A DNA stretch of 64,000 nucleotides. Origin: an uncultured Gemmatimonadales bacterium (GTDB lineage: Bacteria > Gemmatimonadota > Gemmatimonadetes > Longimicrobiales > Longimicrobiaceae). Positions 28,744 to 38,506 of the stretch are shown in pieces. Under the pieces are notes generated by a model. The model was not told the DNA's origin and did no database searches. It saw nothing but the letters and a program-made list of their open reading frames with translations. How positions within the stretch are numbered: position 1 is the first letter of the stretch; the number at the start of each line of letters is the position of its first letter. The DNA lies in NCBI GenBank assembly GCA_963716255.1, contig OY970303.1, positions 3,104,001 to 3,168,000 of the forward strand, given 5' to 3'. A program made the position numbers and the translations under genes.

Positions 28744-30126
28744 ATGCATCCTTCCCTCTTCGCCGACACCATCGCCGCCGTGGCGACCCCGCCGGGCCGC
28801 GGGGCCGTGGCGCTGGTCCGCGTCTGCGGGCCGGACGCGCTGGGCGTCCTCCTCCGGCTGGCGCCCGGCCTGCGAGGCGCCCCGCCCGCGCGTATGCAGC
28901 GGCTGGCACGGCTGGCGCACCCGGAGACCGGCGAGATGCTGGACCGCGCGCTGGTGGCGTACTTCCCCGCCCCCGGCAGCTACACCGGCGAGGACACGGT
29001 GGAGCTCGCCACCCACGGCGGCGTGCTCACCCCGCAGCTGGTGCTGGACGCCGCGCTCGCCGCCGGCGCCCGCGCCGCCGAGCCGGGCGAGTTCACCCGC
29101 CGCGCCTACCTCAACGGCAGGCTGGACCTGCTCCAGGCAGAGGCCGTCGCGGACCTCATCGACGGCCGCTCGCGCGCGCTCCACCGCGCGGCCGTCCACC
29201 AGATGGAGCGCGGCCTTTCCCGCCAGGTGGAGGCGCTGCGCGAAGCGCTGGTGGGCGCGCAGGCGCTGCTCGTGTACGGCATCGACTTCCCGGAGGAGGA
29301 CGAGCCGCCCGTTCCGCCGGAGCGCATCCGCGCCGCCGCCGAGGACGTGCTCCGGCGCGTGGACGGGCTGCTCGCCACCGCTCCCGAGGGGGAGCTGCTG
29401 CGCGAGGGCGCGCTCACCGTGCTCGCCGGCCGCCCCAACTCCGGCAAGTCGTCGCTGTTCAACGCCCTGCTCGGGGTCGAGCGGGCCATCGTCACCGAGA
29501 TCCCCGGCACCACCCGCGACGCCCTGGAGGCGGTGGTGTCGCTGGACGGCTACCCCTTCCGCCTGGTGGACACCGCCGGGCTGCGCGAGACCCCCGACCG
29601 GGTGGAGGAGATCGGCATCGAGGTGGCGCGCCGCTACCTGGCCGCCGCCCGCCTGGTGCTCTTCTGTGTGGAGGCGGGGCGGCCGCTGGAGCCGGAGGAA
29701 GAGGTGTTCCTGCGCCAGCCGGCCCCCGCATCCGTGGTGCTGGTGCGCACCAAGGCCGACCGCGCCCCCGACCTCGCCGACCCGCAGAGCGCAGCGGCGG
29801 AAGGGCTTCCCACGGTGCGCGTCGCCGCCCCGCGCGGCGAGGGCCTGGGCGAGCTCCGCCGGCTCCTCCTCCGCGCGGCTTTCGGCGGGATCCTGGGCGA
29901 GCCGGGAGAGGCGCCGCTCGTCACCCGTGAGCGGCAGGCGCGGGCGCTGCGCCGCGCGCGGGGGGAGATACGGCTCTTCCTGGAGGCATGGGAGCAGGGG
30001 ATCCCCCCGGAGTTCGCGGCCACGCACCTCCAGGCGGCGGCGGGGGCGCTGGAGGAGCTGCTGGGGGTGATCGGGACGGAGGACGTCCTGGACCGCGTGT
30101 TCTCCACCTTCTGCGTGGGGAAGTAG
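28744..30126 (+). CDS. mnmE: tRNA modification GTPase MnmE
   Basis: DTIAAVATP, SYTGED, GRPNSGKSS, PGTTRD, DTAG, C-terminal FCVGK. Confidence 0.98.
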   Translation: MHPSLFADTIAAVATPPGRGAVALVRVCGPDALGVLLRLAPGLRGAPPARMQRLARLAHPETGEMLDRALVAYFPAPGSYTGEDTVELATHGGVLTPQLVLDAALAAGARAAEPGEFTRRAYLNGRLDLLQAEAVADLIDGRSRALHRAAVHQMERGLSRQVEALREALVGAQALLVYGIDFPEEDEPPVPPERIRAAAEDVLRRVDGLLATAPEGELLREGALTVLAGRPNSGKSSLFNALLGVERAIVTEIPGTTRDALEAVVSLDGYPFRLVDTAGLRETPDRVEEIGIEVARRYLAAARLVLFCVEAGRPLEPEEEVFLRQPAPASVVLVRTKADRAPDLADPQSAAAEGLPTVRVAAPRGEGLGELRRLLLRAAFGGILGEPGEAPLVTRERQARALRRARGEIRLFLEAWEQGIPPEFAATHLQAAAGALEELLGVIGTEDVLDRVFSTFCVGK

Positions 30127-30223
30127 CGCGCCGCGGAGCGATGCTTGCGAAAGGGGCGCGGTTGATCGGACGGCCCCGGCGGGCGCCGCCGCGCCCATTC
30201 ACGCGAGCCCCGGACGCACCCGC

Positions 30224-30721
30224 ATGCGATGGATCCTGTTTCTGGCCCCCCTTCTCTGCCTCGCGGGCGGGCTTCGTGCGCAGAGCTTCACCCACTGGCT
30301 GGAACCGGGCACGCGGGTGCGCGTGACCGCGCCGGCGCTGGAGCCCTCCCGGGTCGCCGGCGACGTCGCGCTCCTCCACCCGGACACCCTGGTGCTCGAG
30401 CGCGGCGGCCGGCGCCTCCCCATCGCAAACGCGCGTATCGAACTGATCGAGGTGAGCCAGGGGCTGGACCGCCGGCGCGGGGCGTGGCGGGGGTCGATCC
30501 TGGGCGCGCTGGTCGGGGCCGGGCTGGGGGTGACCTTCGGCGCGCTCGGGGCCCAGGACCTTCCCACCGGCATCGGCACCTCCGCGGCGCTCGGCTTCTT
30601 CGGGGGCGGGCTGGTCGGCGGAGGACTCGGCGCGGGGGTGGGGGCGGTGCTCGCGCCGGAGCGCTGGCAGGGCTACCGGATCGAGCATCCCGCGGCGAAC
30701 GCGGGGCGGAGCAGGCCCTGA
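30224..30721 (+). CDS. hypothetical exported/membrane protein with glycine-zipper C-terminus
   Basis: Signal peptide; GxxxG-rich hydrophobic helices. Confidence 0.65.
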   Translation: MRWILFLAPLLCLAGGLRAQSFTHWLEPGTRVRVTAPALEPSRVAGDVALLHPDTLVLERGGRRLPIANARIELIEVSQGLDRRRGAWRGSILGALVGAGLGVTFGALGAQDLPTGIGTSAALGFFGGGLVGGGLGAGVGAVLAPERWQGYRIEHPAANAGRSRP

Positions 30722-30881
30722 ACCAACCGCCCGCCCCCGACATCGAAAACCCCGCCTGGAAGGCTCGGTGACGCACGAAACCCCTGCACACGACCACGCA
30801 CCCTCCGTACGAAGAGATCGTGGTTCTGGAGCGATCTGGCGACGTCGGTTTGTTCGGGTTGTGTTCGGAATCTGCGGCGAG

Positions 30882-31151
30882 CTAGCGGACGATCTCGAAC
30901 GAGTCGCCCTCGACGGGGCCGGCGGGGATCTCCTCGACTTCCTCCACCCGTGAGCCGGGGGGGCCGTGCGCAAGCTGCTCGCGGAACGCGTCGACGACCT
31001 CCTCCCTGCCGCGTACCCGCACCTCCACGGAGCCATCCGGGCAGTTGCGCACCGTCCCGGCGAGGCCCAGCCCCCGGGCCCGGGAGCGGGTCCACCAGCG
31101 AAAACCCACTCCCTGGACCTTCCCCCGGACCCGGTAGGCGGCCTCCTTCAT
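30882..31151 (-). CDS. acyP: acylphosphatase
   Basis: GKVQGVGFR, GTVRNCPDGSVE. Confidence 0.93.
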   Translation of the reverse strand: MKEAAYRVRGKVQGVGFRWWTRSRARGLGLAGTVRNCPDGSVEVRVRGREEVVDAFREQLAHGPPGSRVEEVEEIPAGPVEGDSFEIVR

Positions 31152-31155
31152 CCCC

Positions 31156-31965
31156 TCACCGCATCTCCTGGTGGCTGGGACGACGGTGCGGCGCCGAATC
31201 GCCGGAAGCGCTACCCCCGGTACCGCCACCCTGGAGGTTCTGAAGCAGGGTGCCGAGAAGTCCGCCGGGGTTTCCCTTCCCCTGCGCCATCCCCAGGAGG
31301 TTGCGTCCTTCCTGGGCCACGGCGGCGCTCAGGCCGCCCATGATGGCGCCCTTGAGCTGGTTCTTGGCCTTGTACAGGGTCGTGCTGCGCTTCCCCTGCA
31401 CCTGGTCGCCGCTCCCCGCGAGGAGGAAGCCGACCCCGAAGGCGAGGCCGAGCGCCGGGAGTGGATTCTCGCGGACCTTGTCCAGGATGCCGCGCTCCTC
31501 CAGCACCTGCTCCGCCCGGCCCAGCGCCTCGCCCGCCTTCTCCCGCGCCTGGCCGGCCGCGTCGCCCACCCGGCCGGACACGTTGCCGGAGAGACCCTGC
31601 AGGCGCTCGCGGGCCTGGCCGGCCACGTCCCGCACCCGGTTCATGGCGCCGCCTTCCGAGGAGCCGCCGCTCGGCTCCCAGGAGCTGCCGGCGGAGGTGC
31701 CCGCGGGCGCGATGGCCCCGTAGCCGGTGTCCACGTCGCGGCCCATGGTCAGGCCGCCGTGGACCTCACCCGTGCCGGTCGCCAGGTCGCCCATGGCGCG
31801 GGAGCCCGGGGTCCCCGGGTCGAGAGAGGCGTCGTCGCGGGAGCCGCCCGTCAGGCCGGAGCTGCCGGTCGACCCGGCGCCCCCCAGTCCGGAGCCGTAG
31901 CCGGTGCTCCCCATCCCGCTCAGGCCAGCTCCTTCTTCGCCTGCTGGATTTCGCTCTGTAGCCAC
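31156..31965 (-). CDS. Gly-rich protein with ElaB/YqjD (DUF883)-like segment
   Basis: VRENPLPALGLAFGVGFLL; AAGGAGG RBS before GTG. Confidence 0.7.
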   Translation of the reverse strand: MATERNPAGEEGAGLSGMGSTGYGSGLGGAGSTGSSGLTGGSRDDASLDPGTPGSRAMGDLATGTGEVHGGLTMGRDVDTGYGAIAPAGTSAGSSWEPSGGSSEGGAMNRVRDVAGQARERLQGLSGNVSGRVGDAAGQAREKAGEALGRAEQVLEERGILDKVRENPLPALGLAFGVGFLLAGSGDQVQGKRSTTLYKAKNQLKGAIMGGLSAAVAQEGRNLLGMAQGKGNPGGLLGTLLQNLQGGGTGGSASGDSAPHRRPSHQEMR

Positions 31966-32384
31966 CGTTTGTCCTCCTTCAGAGTTTGAATGGTCTGGTC
32001 CGGACCGAGGTCGTCTTTCTTGAGGTTGTTCAGGTTCTTCTTCGCCAGCAGTCCGCCGACGAGGACGAAGACAAGACCGACCAGCAGCGCGCCCAGCCAG
32101 TAGTTGTCCAGCAGGTCCCCGATCGCCGCTACCAGGAAGGCAGTGAGGACCAGCAGCCCGACCAGGAGAAGCCCGCCGCCGACGGCGATCATGGCGGCAT
32201 CCTTGGTGGCGCTGCGGAGGTTCTCGCGCATCTCGGCCTTGGCGAGGGACACCTCCTGCTTGACCAGCGTTGCGCTGTCCTGCGCCAGCTGCTTGAACAG
32301 CTCACCGAGCGACGGCTCCGGCCCCGGCGCGCTCGGGGGCCGGTCCGTCACGGCCGGGCGGCTCACGTGGAAGTCGTCCTGCAT
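31920..32384 (-). CDS. phage holin family (YhjD/YqjE-like) membrane protein
   Basis: SLGELFKQLAQD..TLVKQEVSLAKAE, two TM helices, P..TIQTLKED. Confidence 0.85.
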   Translation of the reverse strand: MQDDFHVSRPAVTDRPPSAPGPEPSLGELFKQLAQDSATLVKQEVSLAKAEMRENLRSATKDAAMIAVGGGLLLVGLLVLTAFLVAAIGDLLDNYWLGALLVGLVFVLVGGLLAKKNLNNLKKDDLGPDQTIQTLKEDKRWLQSEIQQAKKELA

Positions 32385-32396
32385 GGTTGTTGTCTC

Positions 32397-33047
32397 CTAC
32401 CGCAGGATCTTGCCCAGGACCCAACCCGCGGCGACACCGATCAGGAGCGTCTGCAGGGGCTTTTCCCTGACCATCCGCTCAACGTCGCTCTGAAGCGCCC
32501 GGACGTCGTTGTCGCGCAGGTAGCGCGCGGTGGATTCCATCGTGCTGGCGGCCTGCTGCGCGAGGTCGGTAGCCTTCCCCATCGCGCCGCTCGGGGTGCC
32601 GCCCCGGTCCGCGAGCCCGCTGAGGCGGTTCGCCGCCGTCTCCAGCCCGTCCGCCGCCCGTCCGAGCACCTGGTTCGCGTGGTCCTGCAGCCCCGTGGTA
32701 CTCGCGCCACCCTGGGCCGCCGTGCTGCTCCCCGTGCCGGTCGCGGTGCTCCCCAGCCCGCTGCCGCTCAGCCCACTGCTGCCGCCGGTTCCCAGGTCCG
32801 ACGCCGTGCTGGTGCCGGTCCCTCCGAAGCTCGGAGTGTTGGCAGCCCCTGCGCTCGAGCCCGTGCTCCCGCTCAGACCGCTTTCGCCGGCACCCAGGCT
32901 GCTGCCGCCGAGCCCGGTGCCGCCCCCTGTCCCGGTGCTTCCACCCAGTCCGGTGCTGCCGCCCAGCCCCGCGGCGCCGCTGCCACCCGTCCCCGTTCCA
33001 CTCCCATATCCGCCGGTACCGCCGACGTCCCTGTTCTGGTCGTCCAT
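32397..33047 (-). CDS. Gly/Ser/Thr-rich protein with C-terminal DUF883-like anchor
   Basis: VREKPLQTLLIGVAAGWVLGKILR; AGGAGG RBS. Confidence 0.75.
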   Translation of the reverse strand: MDDQNRDVGGTGGYGSGTGTGGSGAAGLGGSTGLGGSTGTGGGTGLGGSSLGAGESGLSGSTGSSAGAANTPSFGGTGTSTASDLGTGGSSGLSGSGLGSTATGTGSSTAAQGGASTTGLQDHANQVLGRAADGLETAANRLSGLADRGGTPSGAMGKATDLAQQAASTMESTARYLRDNDVRALQSDVERMVREKPLQTLLIGVAAGWVLGKILR

Positions 33048-33211
33048 GGTCCCTCCTGGTGTTTAGGCTCCGTTCTCCGGGAGGGATCCTATGCGCAACA
33101 CCTGTGCCAGTGGGGACATGCGTTCCGGCGGGGGCGATGCAGCGGGAAACGGGTGATTTACAAGTGGTTATGCATTCCTTGCCGGTGTCGGCGGGTTGGG
33201 GAGAGCAGGAG

Positions 33212-33227
33212 TGTTCCACGTGGAACA
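33212..33227. promoter_or_regulatory. parS site
   Basis: Perfect palindrome TGTTCCACGTGGAACA. Confidence 0.92.
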
Positions 33228-33292
33228 GCGCCGCCGCCCGCTTGTAACAAGGGTCGCCGGGGCAACCTGACCAACCAGCGACGGCGGAGCGG

Positions 33293-35200
33293 ATGAGCGA
33301 GCGGTACGACGTGATCGTGGTGGGTGGGGGCCACGCCGGAGTGGAGGCGGCCGCGGCGTCGGCGCGCATCGGTGCGTCCACGCTGCTGGTCACGCCGAAC
33401 CTGGAGGGCATCGGCCAGATGAGCTGCAACCCCGCCATCGGTGGCGTGGCGAAGGGAACGGTGGTGCGGGAGGTGGATGCGCTCGGTGGGATCATGGCGC
33501 GGGCAACCGACCGCTCGCGCATCCAGTTCCGCATGCTCAACCGCTCCAAGGGTCCCGCGGTGTGGGCGCCCCGCGCCCAGTGCGACCGCGGGCTCTACCC
33601 CCGGGCGGCGCGCGCACTGCTGGAGGAGCATTCTGCGCTTCACTTCATCCAGGGAATGGTGGGGTCGCTCCTGCTGGAGGGCGGCCGCGTGGCCGGCGTG
33701 TGCACGGAGGGTGGCGCCGAGCTTCGCGCACGATGCGTGGTTCTGACAGCGGGGACCTTCCTGCGCGGCCGGATCCACGTGGGCCACGCGCCCGCCGTCC
33801 CCGCCGGACGGGCCGGGGACCCACCCTCGGTGCGCCTCGCCGAGCAGATGGAGGCGCTGGGGCTGGAGGTCGCACGCTTCAAGACCGGCACCCCGCCGCG
33901 CATCGATGGGCGCTCGGTGGACCTTTCGCGCCTGGAGGAGCAGCAGGGCGAATCGCCCGATTACCGCCTGTCGGTGTGGGCACGCGAGCCCCTGCTCCCG
34001 CAGCTCCCCTGCTGGATCACCTGGACGGGTGAGCCCCTCCGCGACATCGTGGACCGCCACCTGGGCGATTCCGCGCTCTACGGCGGCGAGATCTCCGGGC
34101 GGGGTCCGCGCTACTGTCCGTCCATCGAGGACAAGATCGTCAAGTTCCCCGAGGCCGCGCGGCATCAGCTCTTCCTGGAGCCGGAGGGGCTGGCCACGAG
34201 AGAGATGTACGTCAACGGCCTGTCGACCTCGCTCCCCGCGGACGTGCAGCTACGGATGCTGCACAGCATTCCGGGGCTGGAGGAAGCCCGGATGACCAAG
34301 CCGGGCTACGCCATCGAGTACGACTACTATCCCCCCCACCAGCTCCGCCCCACCCTGGCCAGCAAGGCACTCGAAGGGCTGTTCCTCGCGGGGCAGGTGA
34401 ACGGGACGACCGGCTACGAGGAGGCCGCCGGGCAGGGGGTGCTCGCGGGGGCGAACGCGGCGCTGGACGCGCTCGGGCGTGACCCGCTGATCCTGGAGCG
34501 CGACCAGGCGTTCATCGGCGTGCTGGTGGACGACCTGGTGACCCGGGGAACCGATGAGCCCTACCGGCTGTTCACCTCGCGCGCCGAGTTTCGCCTCACG
34601 CTGCGCCAGGACAACGCGCTCGCGCGCCTGGGGCCCATCGCCGAGCGGGCGGGCCTGTTGACCGCCGAGCAGGGGGAGCTGCTCCACCGCCGGTTGGATG
34701 CCGGCGCGCGCGTGCACGCCTGGCTGGGCAGCACCAACGCGACGCCGGCGCAGGTGAACGGCGTGCTGGAGGCCGCCGGCCAGGCGCCCATCCGCGAGCC
34801 TACCCGGCTTTCCCAGCTCCTCCGCCGGCCAGGGATCTCGGCCGGCGCGCTCGCTTCCGCGGTGGGCGTGGAGGCCACGGAGCCTGCGGATGGGTTCGAC
34901 GAAGCGCTCGCCGCGGCGGAGATGGAGCTCCGCTATGAGGGTTATCTGCTGCGTGAGCGCGAGCGCGCCGAATCGCTGCGGCGGCAGGCGGAGTTCCCGC
35001 TTCCCGACGACCTCCCCTACCCTATCCTGGAATCGCTCTCGTTCGAGGCGCGCCAGAAGCTGGCACGCATCCGTCCGGCCACGCTCGCCCAGGCGGGTCG
35101 GGTGCCAGGCGTGAGTCCGAGCGACCTCCAGAACCTGATGATGGAGGTGAGAAAGCGCAGGGCGGCGGAGAGTACGGAGTACGAAGTACGAAGTACGTAA
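33293..35200 (+). CDS. mnmG: tRNA uridine 5-carboxymethylaminomethyl modification enzyme MnmG/GidA
   Basis: [46 protein letters not shown]. Confidence 0.98.
   Translation: MSERYDVIVVGGGHAGVEAAAASARIGASTLLVTPNLEGIGQMSCNPAIGGVAKGTVVREVDALGGIMARATDRSRIQFRMLNRSKGPAVWAPRAQCDRGLYPRAARALLEEHSALHFIQGMVGSLLLEGGRVAGVCTEGGAELRARCVVLTAGTFLRGRIHVGHAPAVPAGRAGDPPSVRLAEQMEALGLEVARFKTGTPPRIDGRSVDLSRLEEQQGESPDYRLSVWAREPLLPQLPCWITWTGEPLRDIVDRHLGDSALYGGEISGRGPRYCPSIEDKIVKFPEAARHQLFLEPEGLATREMYVNGLSTSLPADVQLRMLHSIPGLEEARMTKPGYAIEYDYYPPHQLRPTLASKALEGLFLAGQVNGTTGYEEAAGQGVLAGANAALDALGRDPLILERDQAFIGVLVDDLVTRGTDEPYRLFTSRAEFRLTLRQDNALARLGPIAERAGLLTAEQGELLHRRLDAGARVHAWLGSTNATPAQVNGVLEAAGQAPIREPTRLSQLLRRPGISAGALASAVGVEATEPADGFDEALAAAEMELRYEGYLLRERERAESLRRQAEFPLPDDLPYPILESLSFEARQKLARIRPATLAQAGRVPGVSPSDLQNLMMEVRKRRAAESTEYEVRST
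35171..35198 (+). repeat. heptamer tandem repeat (AGTACGN)x4
   Basis: AGTACGG AGTACGA AGTACGA AGTACGT at mnmG 3' end; inverted related array at 60501..60528. Confidence 0.7.
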
Positions 35201-35238
35201 CGGCCGAGCGGACGCTCGAATCGTATCCCGTGCTTCCA

Positions 35239-35254
35239 TGTTCCACGTGGAACA
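35239..35254. promoter_or_regulatory. parS site
   Basis: Perfect palindrome TGTTCCACGTGGAACA upstream of parA. Confidence 0.92.
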
Positions 35255-35356
35255 CGCTCCCGTCACGTGCGTGAGGGCGCACGAGTCGCTGGACGCTCCG
35301 TGCCCCGTGGGGTTATATTTCGCGCTCCAATCCCACCTCCAGAGCAGGGACCAGCC

Positions 35357-36175
35357 TTGTCGCGCATCATCGCCATCGCAAACCAGAAGGGCGGCGTCGG
35401 AAAGACCACGACGGCCATCAATCTGGGGGCGTGTCTCGCCGTCGCCGAGAAGAAGACGCTCGTCATCGACACCGACCCGCAGGGGAATGCCACGAGCGGC
35501 CTGGGGATCGTCAAGGACGATCTGGAGCGCTCGATCTACGACGTGCTGGTGGAGGGAGCTTCGCTGGAGGACGTGATCATCCCCCAGGTGCACTTTCCCT
35601 ACCTGGACGTGGCGCCCGCCACCCAGGACCTGGTGGGGGTCGAGGTGGAGCTGGTGGCACGCGCGGCGCGCGAGAACATCCTGCGCGAGGCGCTGGAGCC
35701 GGTCCGCGACCGGTACGAGTACATCCTCATCGACTGCCCGCCGTCGCTCGGGCTGCTCACGCTGAACACCCTGACGGCGGCGGACGCGGTCCTGATTCCC
35801 ATCCAGTGCGAGTTCTACGCGCTGGAAGGTCTCTCCCAGCTGCTCAACACCATCCGCATCGTGCAGAAGAGCCTCAATCCGCGCTTGCAGATCGAGGGGG
35901 TGCTGCTGACCATGCACGACGGGCGGCTCAACCTGTCGCGGCAGGTGGCGGAGGAGGCAAAGGAGTACTTCGGACCGAAAGTATACCGAAGTGTCGTGCC
36001 ACGGAACGTACGTATCGCGGAGGCGCCCAGCTTCGGCAAGCCCATCGTGCTGTACGACATCGGGTCCGTGGGGGCAAAGAGCTACCTTGCGCTCGCCAAG
36101 GAAGTGATCGCCCGCACCCCAAAGGGCTCGCGCACCGAGGCCGCCCCGCTCGCTGTGGCGGCGGGAGGGGAGTAA
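35357..36175 (+). CDS. parA: chromosome partitioning ATPase ParA/Soj
   Basis: NQKGGVGKTT, DPQGNAT, IDCPPSLG, EAPSFG; TTG start assumed. Confidence 0.97.
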   Translation: MSRIIAIANQKGGVGKTTTAINLGACLAVAEKKTLVIDTDPQGNATSGLGIVKDDLERSIYDVLVEGASLEDVIIPQVHFPYLDVAPATQDLVGVEVELVARAARENILREALEPVRDRYEYILIDCPPSLGLLTLNTLTAADAVLIPIQCEFYALEGLSQLLNTIRIVQKSLNPRLQIEGVLLTMHDGRLNLSRQVAEEAKEYFGPKVYRSVVPRNVRIAEAPSFGKPIVLYDIGSVGAKSYLALAKEVIARTPKGSRTEAAPLAVAAGGE

Positions 36176-36178
36176 GCC

Positions 36179-37096
36179 GTGTCCGGAGCCAAGAAGCAGG
36201 CGCGCCTCGGCAAGGGGCTCGGAGCCCTCCTGGGAGAGTACCTTCCCCCGGCGGATGCGCCGCACTCGCAGGACGGGATCCGCGTCGTCCCCATCGCGCG
36301 CATCGCCCCCAACCCCTTCCAGCCGCGCCGGGAGTTCGCCCCGGAGCAGCTCGCGGAGCTCGAAGCCTCCATTCGCGAGAACGGCCTCCTCCAGCCGCTG
36401 GTGGTGCGGCCGCGCACGGAGACCACGCCGGACGGGGCCGACTGGGAGCTGATCGCCGGCGAGCGCCGCTGGCGGGCGATCCGCCGGCTGGAGTGGACGG
36501 AGGTTCCCGTGGTCGTCAAGGAGATCGACGACCGCGCCATGCTGGTCCTGGCCATCGTGGAAAACATCCAGCGCGCGGAGCTTTCCCCGCTGGACGAAGC
36601 GGCGGGGTACCAGAAGCTGATCGAGGATTTCGGCTTCACCCAGCAGGAGGTCGCCGAGAGCGTGGGCAAGGACCGCTCCACCATCGCCAACCTGCTGCGC
36701 CTCCTCCAGCTCCCCGCTTCGGTGCAGGGGATGGTGAACCGCGGCGAGCTGTCCATGGGCCACGCCCGCGCCATCCTGGGGCTGGGCGGTGAGCGGGAGA
36801 TGGCGGAGCTGGCTCGCGAGGCCTCGGAGCAGGGGATGTCGGTGCGCGCCGTGGAGGAGCGGGTGCGCACCCGACGCGGCTCGGCCGCCGCGCAGCCCAC
36901 GCCGCGTGAGGCCGAGCGCCCCGCGGACCCGCACGTCCGCCACCTGGAGGAGGAGCTGCAGCGCGCGCTGGGGACCGCGGTGCGCATCCGGGTGGGCGGC
37001 GGGCGTAGCGGCAGGATCGAGATTCCCTTCTACAACGCGGACGACTTCGACCGCGTGCTGGAGCTTCTGCTCGGCGCGGAGGCGGGAAAAGTCTGA
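36179..37096 (+). CDS. parB: chromosome partitioning protein ParB/Spo0J
   Basis: LGKGLGALL, NPFQPR, IAGERRWRA, ENIQR, HTH. Confidence 0.97.
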   Translation: MSGAKKQARLGKGLGALLGEYLPPADAPHSQDGIRVVPIARIAPNPFQPRREFAPEQLAELEASIRENGLLQPLVVRPRTETTPDGADWELIAGERRWRAIRRLEWTEVPVVVKEIDDRAMLVLAIVENIQRAELSPLDEAAGYQKLIEDFGFTQQEVAESVGKDRSTIANLLRLLQLPASVQGMVNRGELSMGHARAILGLGGEREMAELAREASEQGMSVRAVEERVRTRRGSAAAQPTPREAERPADPHVRHLEEELQRALGTAVRIRVGGGRSGRIEIPFYNADDFDRVLELLLGAEAGKV

Positions 37097-37129
37097 TGCC
37101 TCTCCCGCAGCGCCCGGAGAAGAGGTAGC

Positions 37130-37903
37130 ATGCCCCGGGACGAGCGACGCATGACCTTCATCGTGGTTCCGCACGGCGGAGGGGGCCTGAGCACACGGTC
37201 GTTCGAGATCTCGTACCGCCGTCTGCGCGTGGCCGCCCTGCTGGTGGGCGCCGCGGCGCTCATCTGGGCCGTATCCATGGGTGCGTGGGTGCTGGTGGCG
37301 GCGCAGGCCGCGCGCGTGCCGGGGCTGAAGCGCGAGGTGGCGGAGCTGCAGCAGGAGCGCGTCCGCGTGCAGCAGCTCGCCGCGCTGCTCGGCCGCATGG
37401 AGCGCCAGAACGCGCAGGTCCGGATGATGCTGGGGGCAAAGGCGCTGGAGGAGGCGCGCGCGCGCCGGGCTGCGGGTGCCCCGGGGACCGACTCGCTTCC
37501 GGCGGAGGGCGCCGAGGCGACGGTCCCCTCCTCGTGGCCGCTGGAGGGCGACGGCTTCGTCACCCGCGAGCACCTGGCCCGCGTCTCCGGGCGGCACCCG
37601 GGGATCGACGTGGCGGTGGCGGAGGGGACGCACGTGCGGGCCTCCGGCGCGGGGACGGTGGTGGAGGTGGGGGAGGACAGCGTGTATGGCAGGTTCGTGC
37701 GCGTCCGCCACCGCGACGGGTACGAGACCATGTACGGGCACGCGTCCGAAGTGCTCGTCGAGCAGGGGGCGCGGGTGGCGCAGGACCAGGTGATCGCGCT
37801 GAGCGGCAACACCGGGCTCTCCACCGCCCCGCACCTGCACTTCGAGGTGCGAAGGAACGGCGAGCCGGTGGATCCGCGAACGCTCGTGAAGGCTCCCAGG
37901 TGA
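37130..37903 (+). CDS. M23 family metallopeptidase
   Basis: HPGID, YGH, STAPHLHFE. Confidence 0.92.
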   Translation: MPRDERRMTFIVVPHGGGGLSTRSFEISYRRLRVAALLVGAAALIWAVSMGAWVLVAAQAARVPGLKREVAELQQERVRVQQLAALLGRMERQNAQVRMMLGAKALEEARARRAAGAPGTDSLPAEGAEATVPSSWPLEGDGFVTREHLARVSGRHPGIDVAVAEGTHVRASGAGTVVEVGEDSVYGRFVRVRHRDGYETMYGHASEVLVEQGARVAQDQVIALSGNTGLSTAPHLHFEVRRNGEPVDPRTLVKAPR

Positions 37904-37910
37904 CCAGAGC

Positions 37911-38357
37911 ATGTTCGGAAAGAAATCTACGGAAAGGGGTGCCGTGGCACGCGAACGGGTGAGTGCCGCGCTGGGCGTGGCGTCGGGGGACGGGGCGATC
38001 TCCATCATCGGGGCCGGGATGCGCATCGTGGGCGACCTGGTCACCGACGGTACCATCCGCGTGGAGGGACGCGTGGAGGGGACCATCCGCGCGGGGAAGG
38101 CGGTGGTGCTGGGAAAGGGCGGCGAGGTGGTGGGCGACATCTTCACCCAGGACGCGGTGATCGGCGGACGGGTGCAGGGCCGCGTGTTCGCGGAAAGCCG
38201 CCTGGAGCTGCAGAGCACATCCGAGATCAGCGGAGAGATCCGCGCCCGCACCGCGCATCTCCAGCTGGACGAGGGGGCCCGCTTCAACGGCCAGATCCAG
38301 ATGGTGGACGAGGACGGGATGAAAGCGCTTCCCGCGGTCGAGGCGCCGCGCGAGTAA
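37911..38357 (+). CDS. bactofilin (polymer-forming cytoskeletal protein)
   Basis: SIIGAGMRIVGDL..G.IRVEGRVEGTI beta-helix repeats; follows M23 gene. Confidence 0.92.
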   Translation: MFGKKSTERGAVARERVSAALGVASGDGAISIIGAGMRIVGDLVTDGTIRVEGRVEGTIRAGKAVVLGKGGEVVGDIFTQDAVIGGRVQGRVFAESRLELQSTSEISGEIRARTAHLQLDEGARFNGQIQMVDEDGMKALPAVEAPRE

Positions 38358-38376
38358 TCCACCGCGCCAGCGTGGG

Positions 38377-38484
38377 TTTTCCACAGTGCTGAGATTCCCG
38401 CATCTTGTTGTCACGTAGCGGGTTCCGGTTTTCCACAGCGCCGTCCACAGATTTTCCACGCGAGTTTTCCACGGGCGTGGAATC
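38377..38484. promoter_or_regulatory. DnaA-box cluster
   Basis: TTTTCCACA x2, CCGTCCACA, TTTTCCACG x2, inverted CGTGGAATC. Confidence 0.7.
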
Positions 38485-38506
38485 CGCCCCGGGGAGGGCC
38501 TTGAAG

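Noticed and set aside
31920..32384. Prophage inferred from holin-family and CidA/LrgB genes
   Set aside because: These families are common chromosomal membrane proteins; no phage structural, terminase or integrase genes seen.
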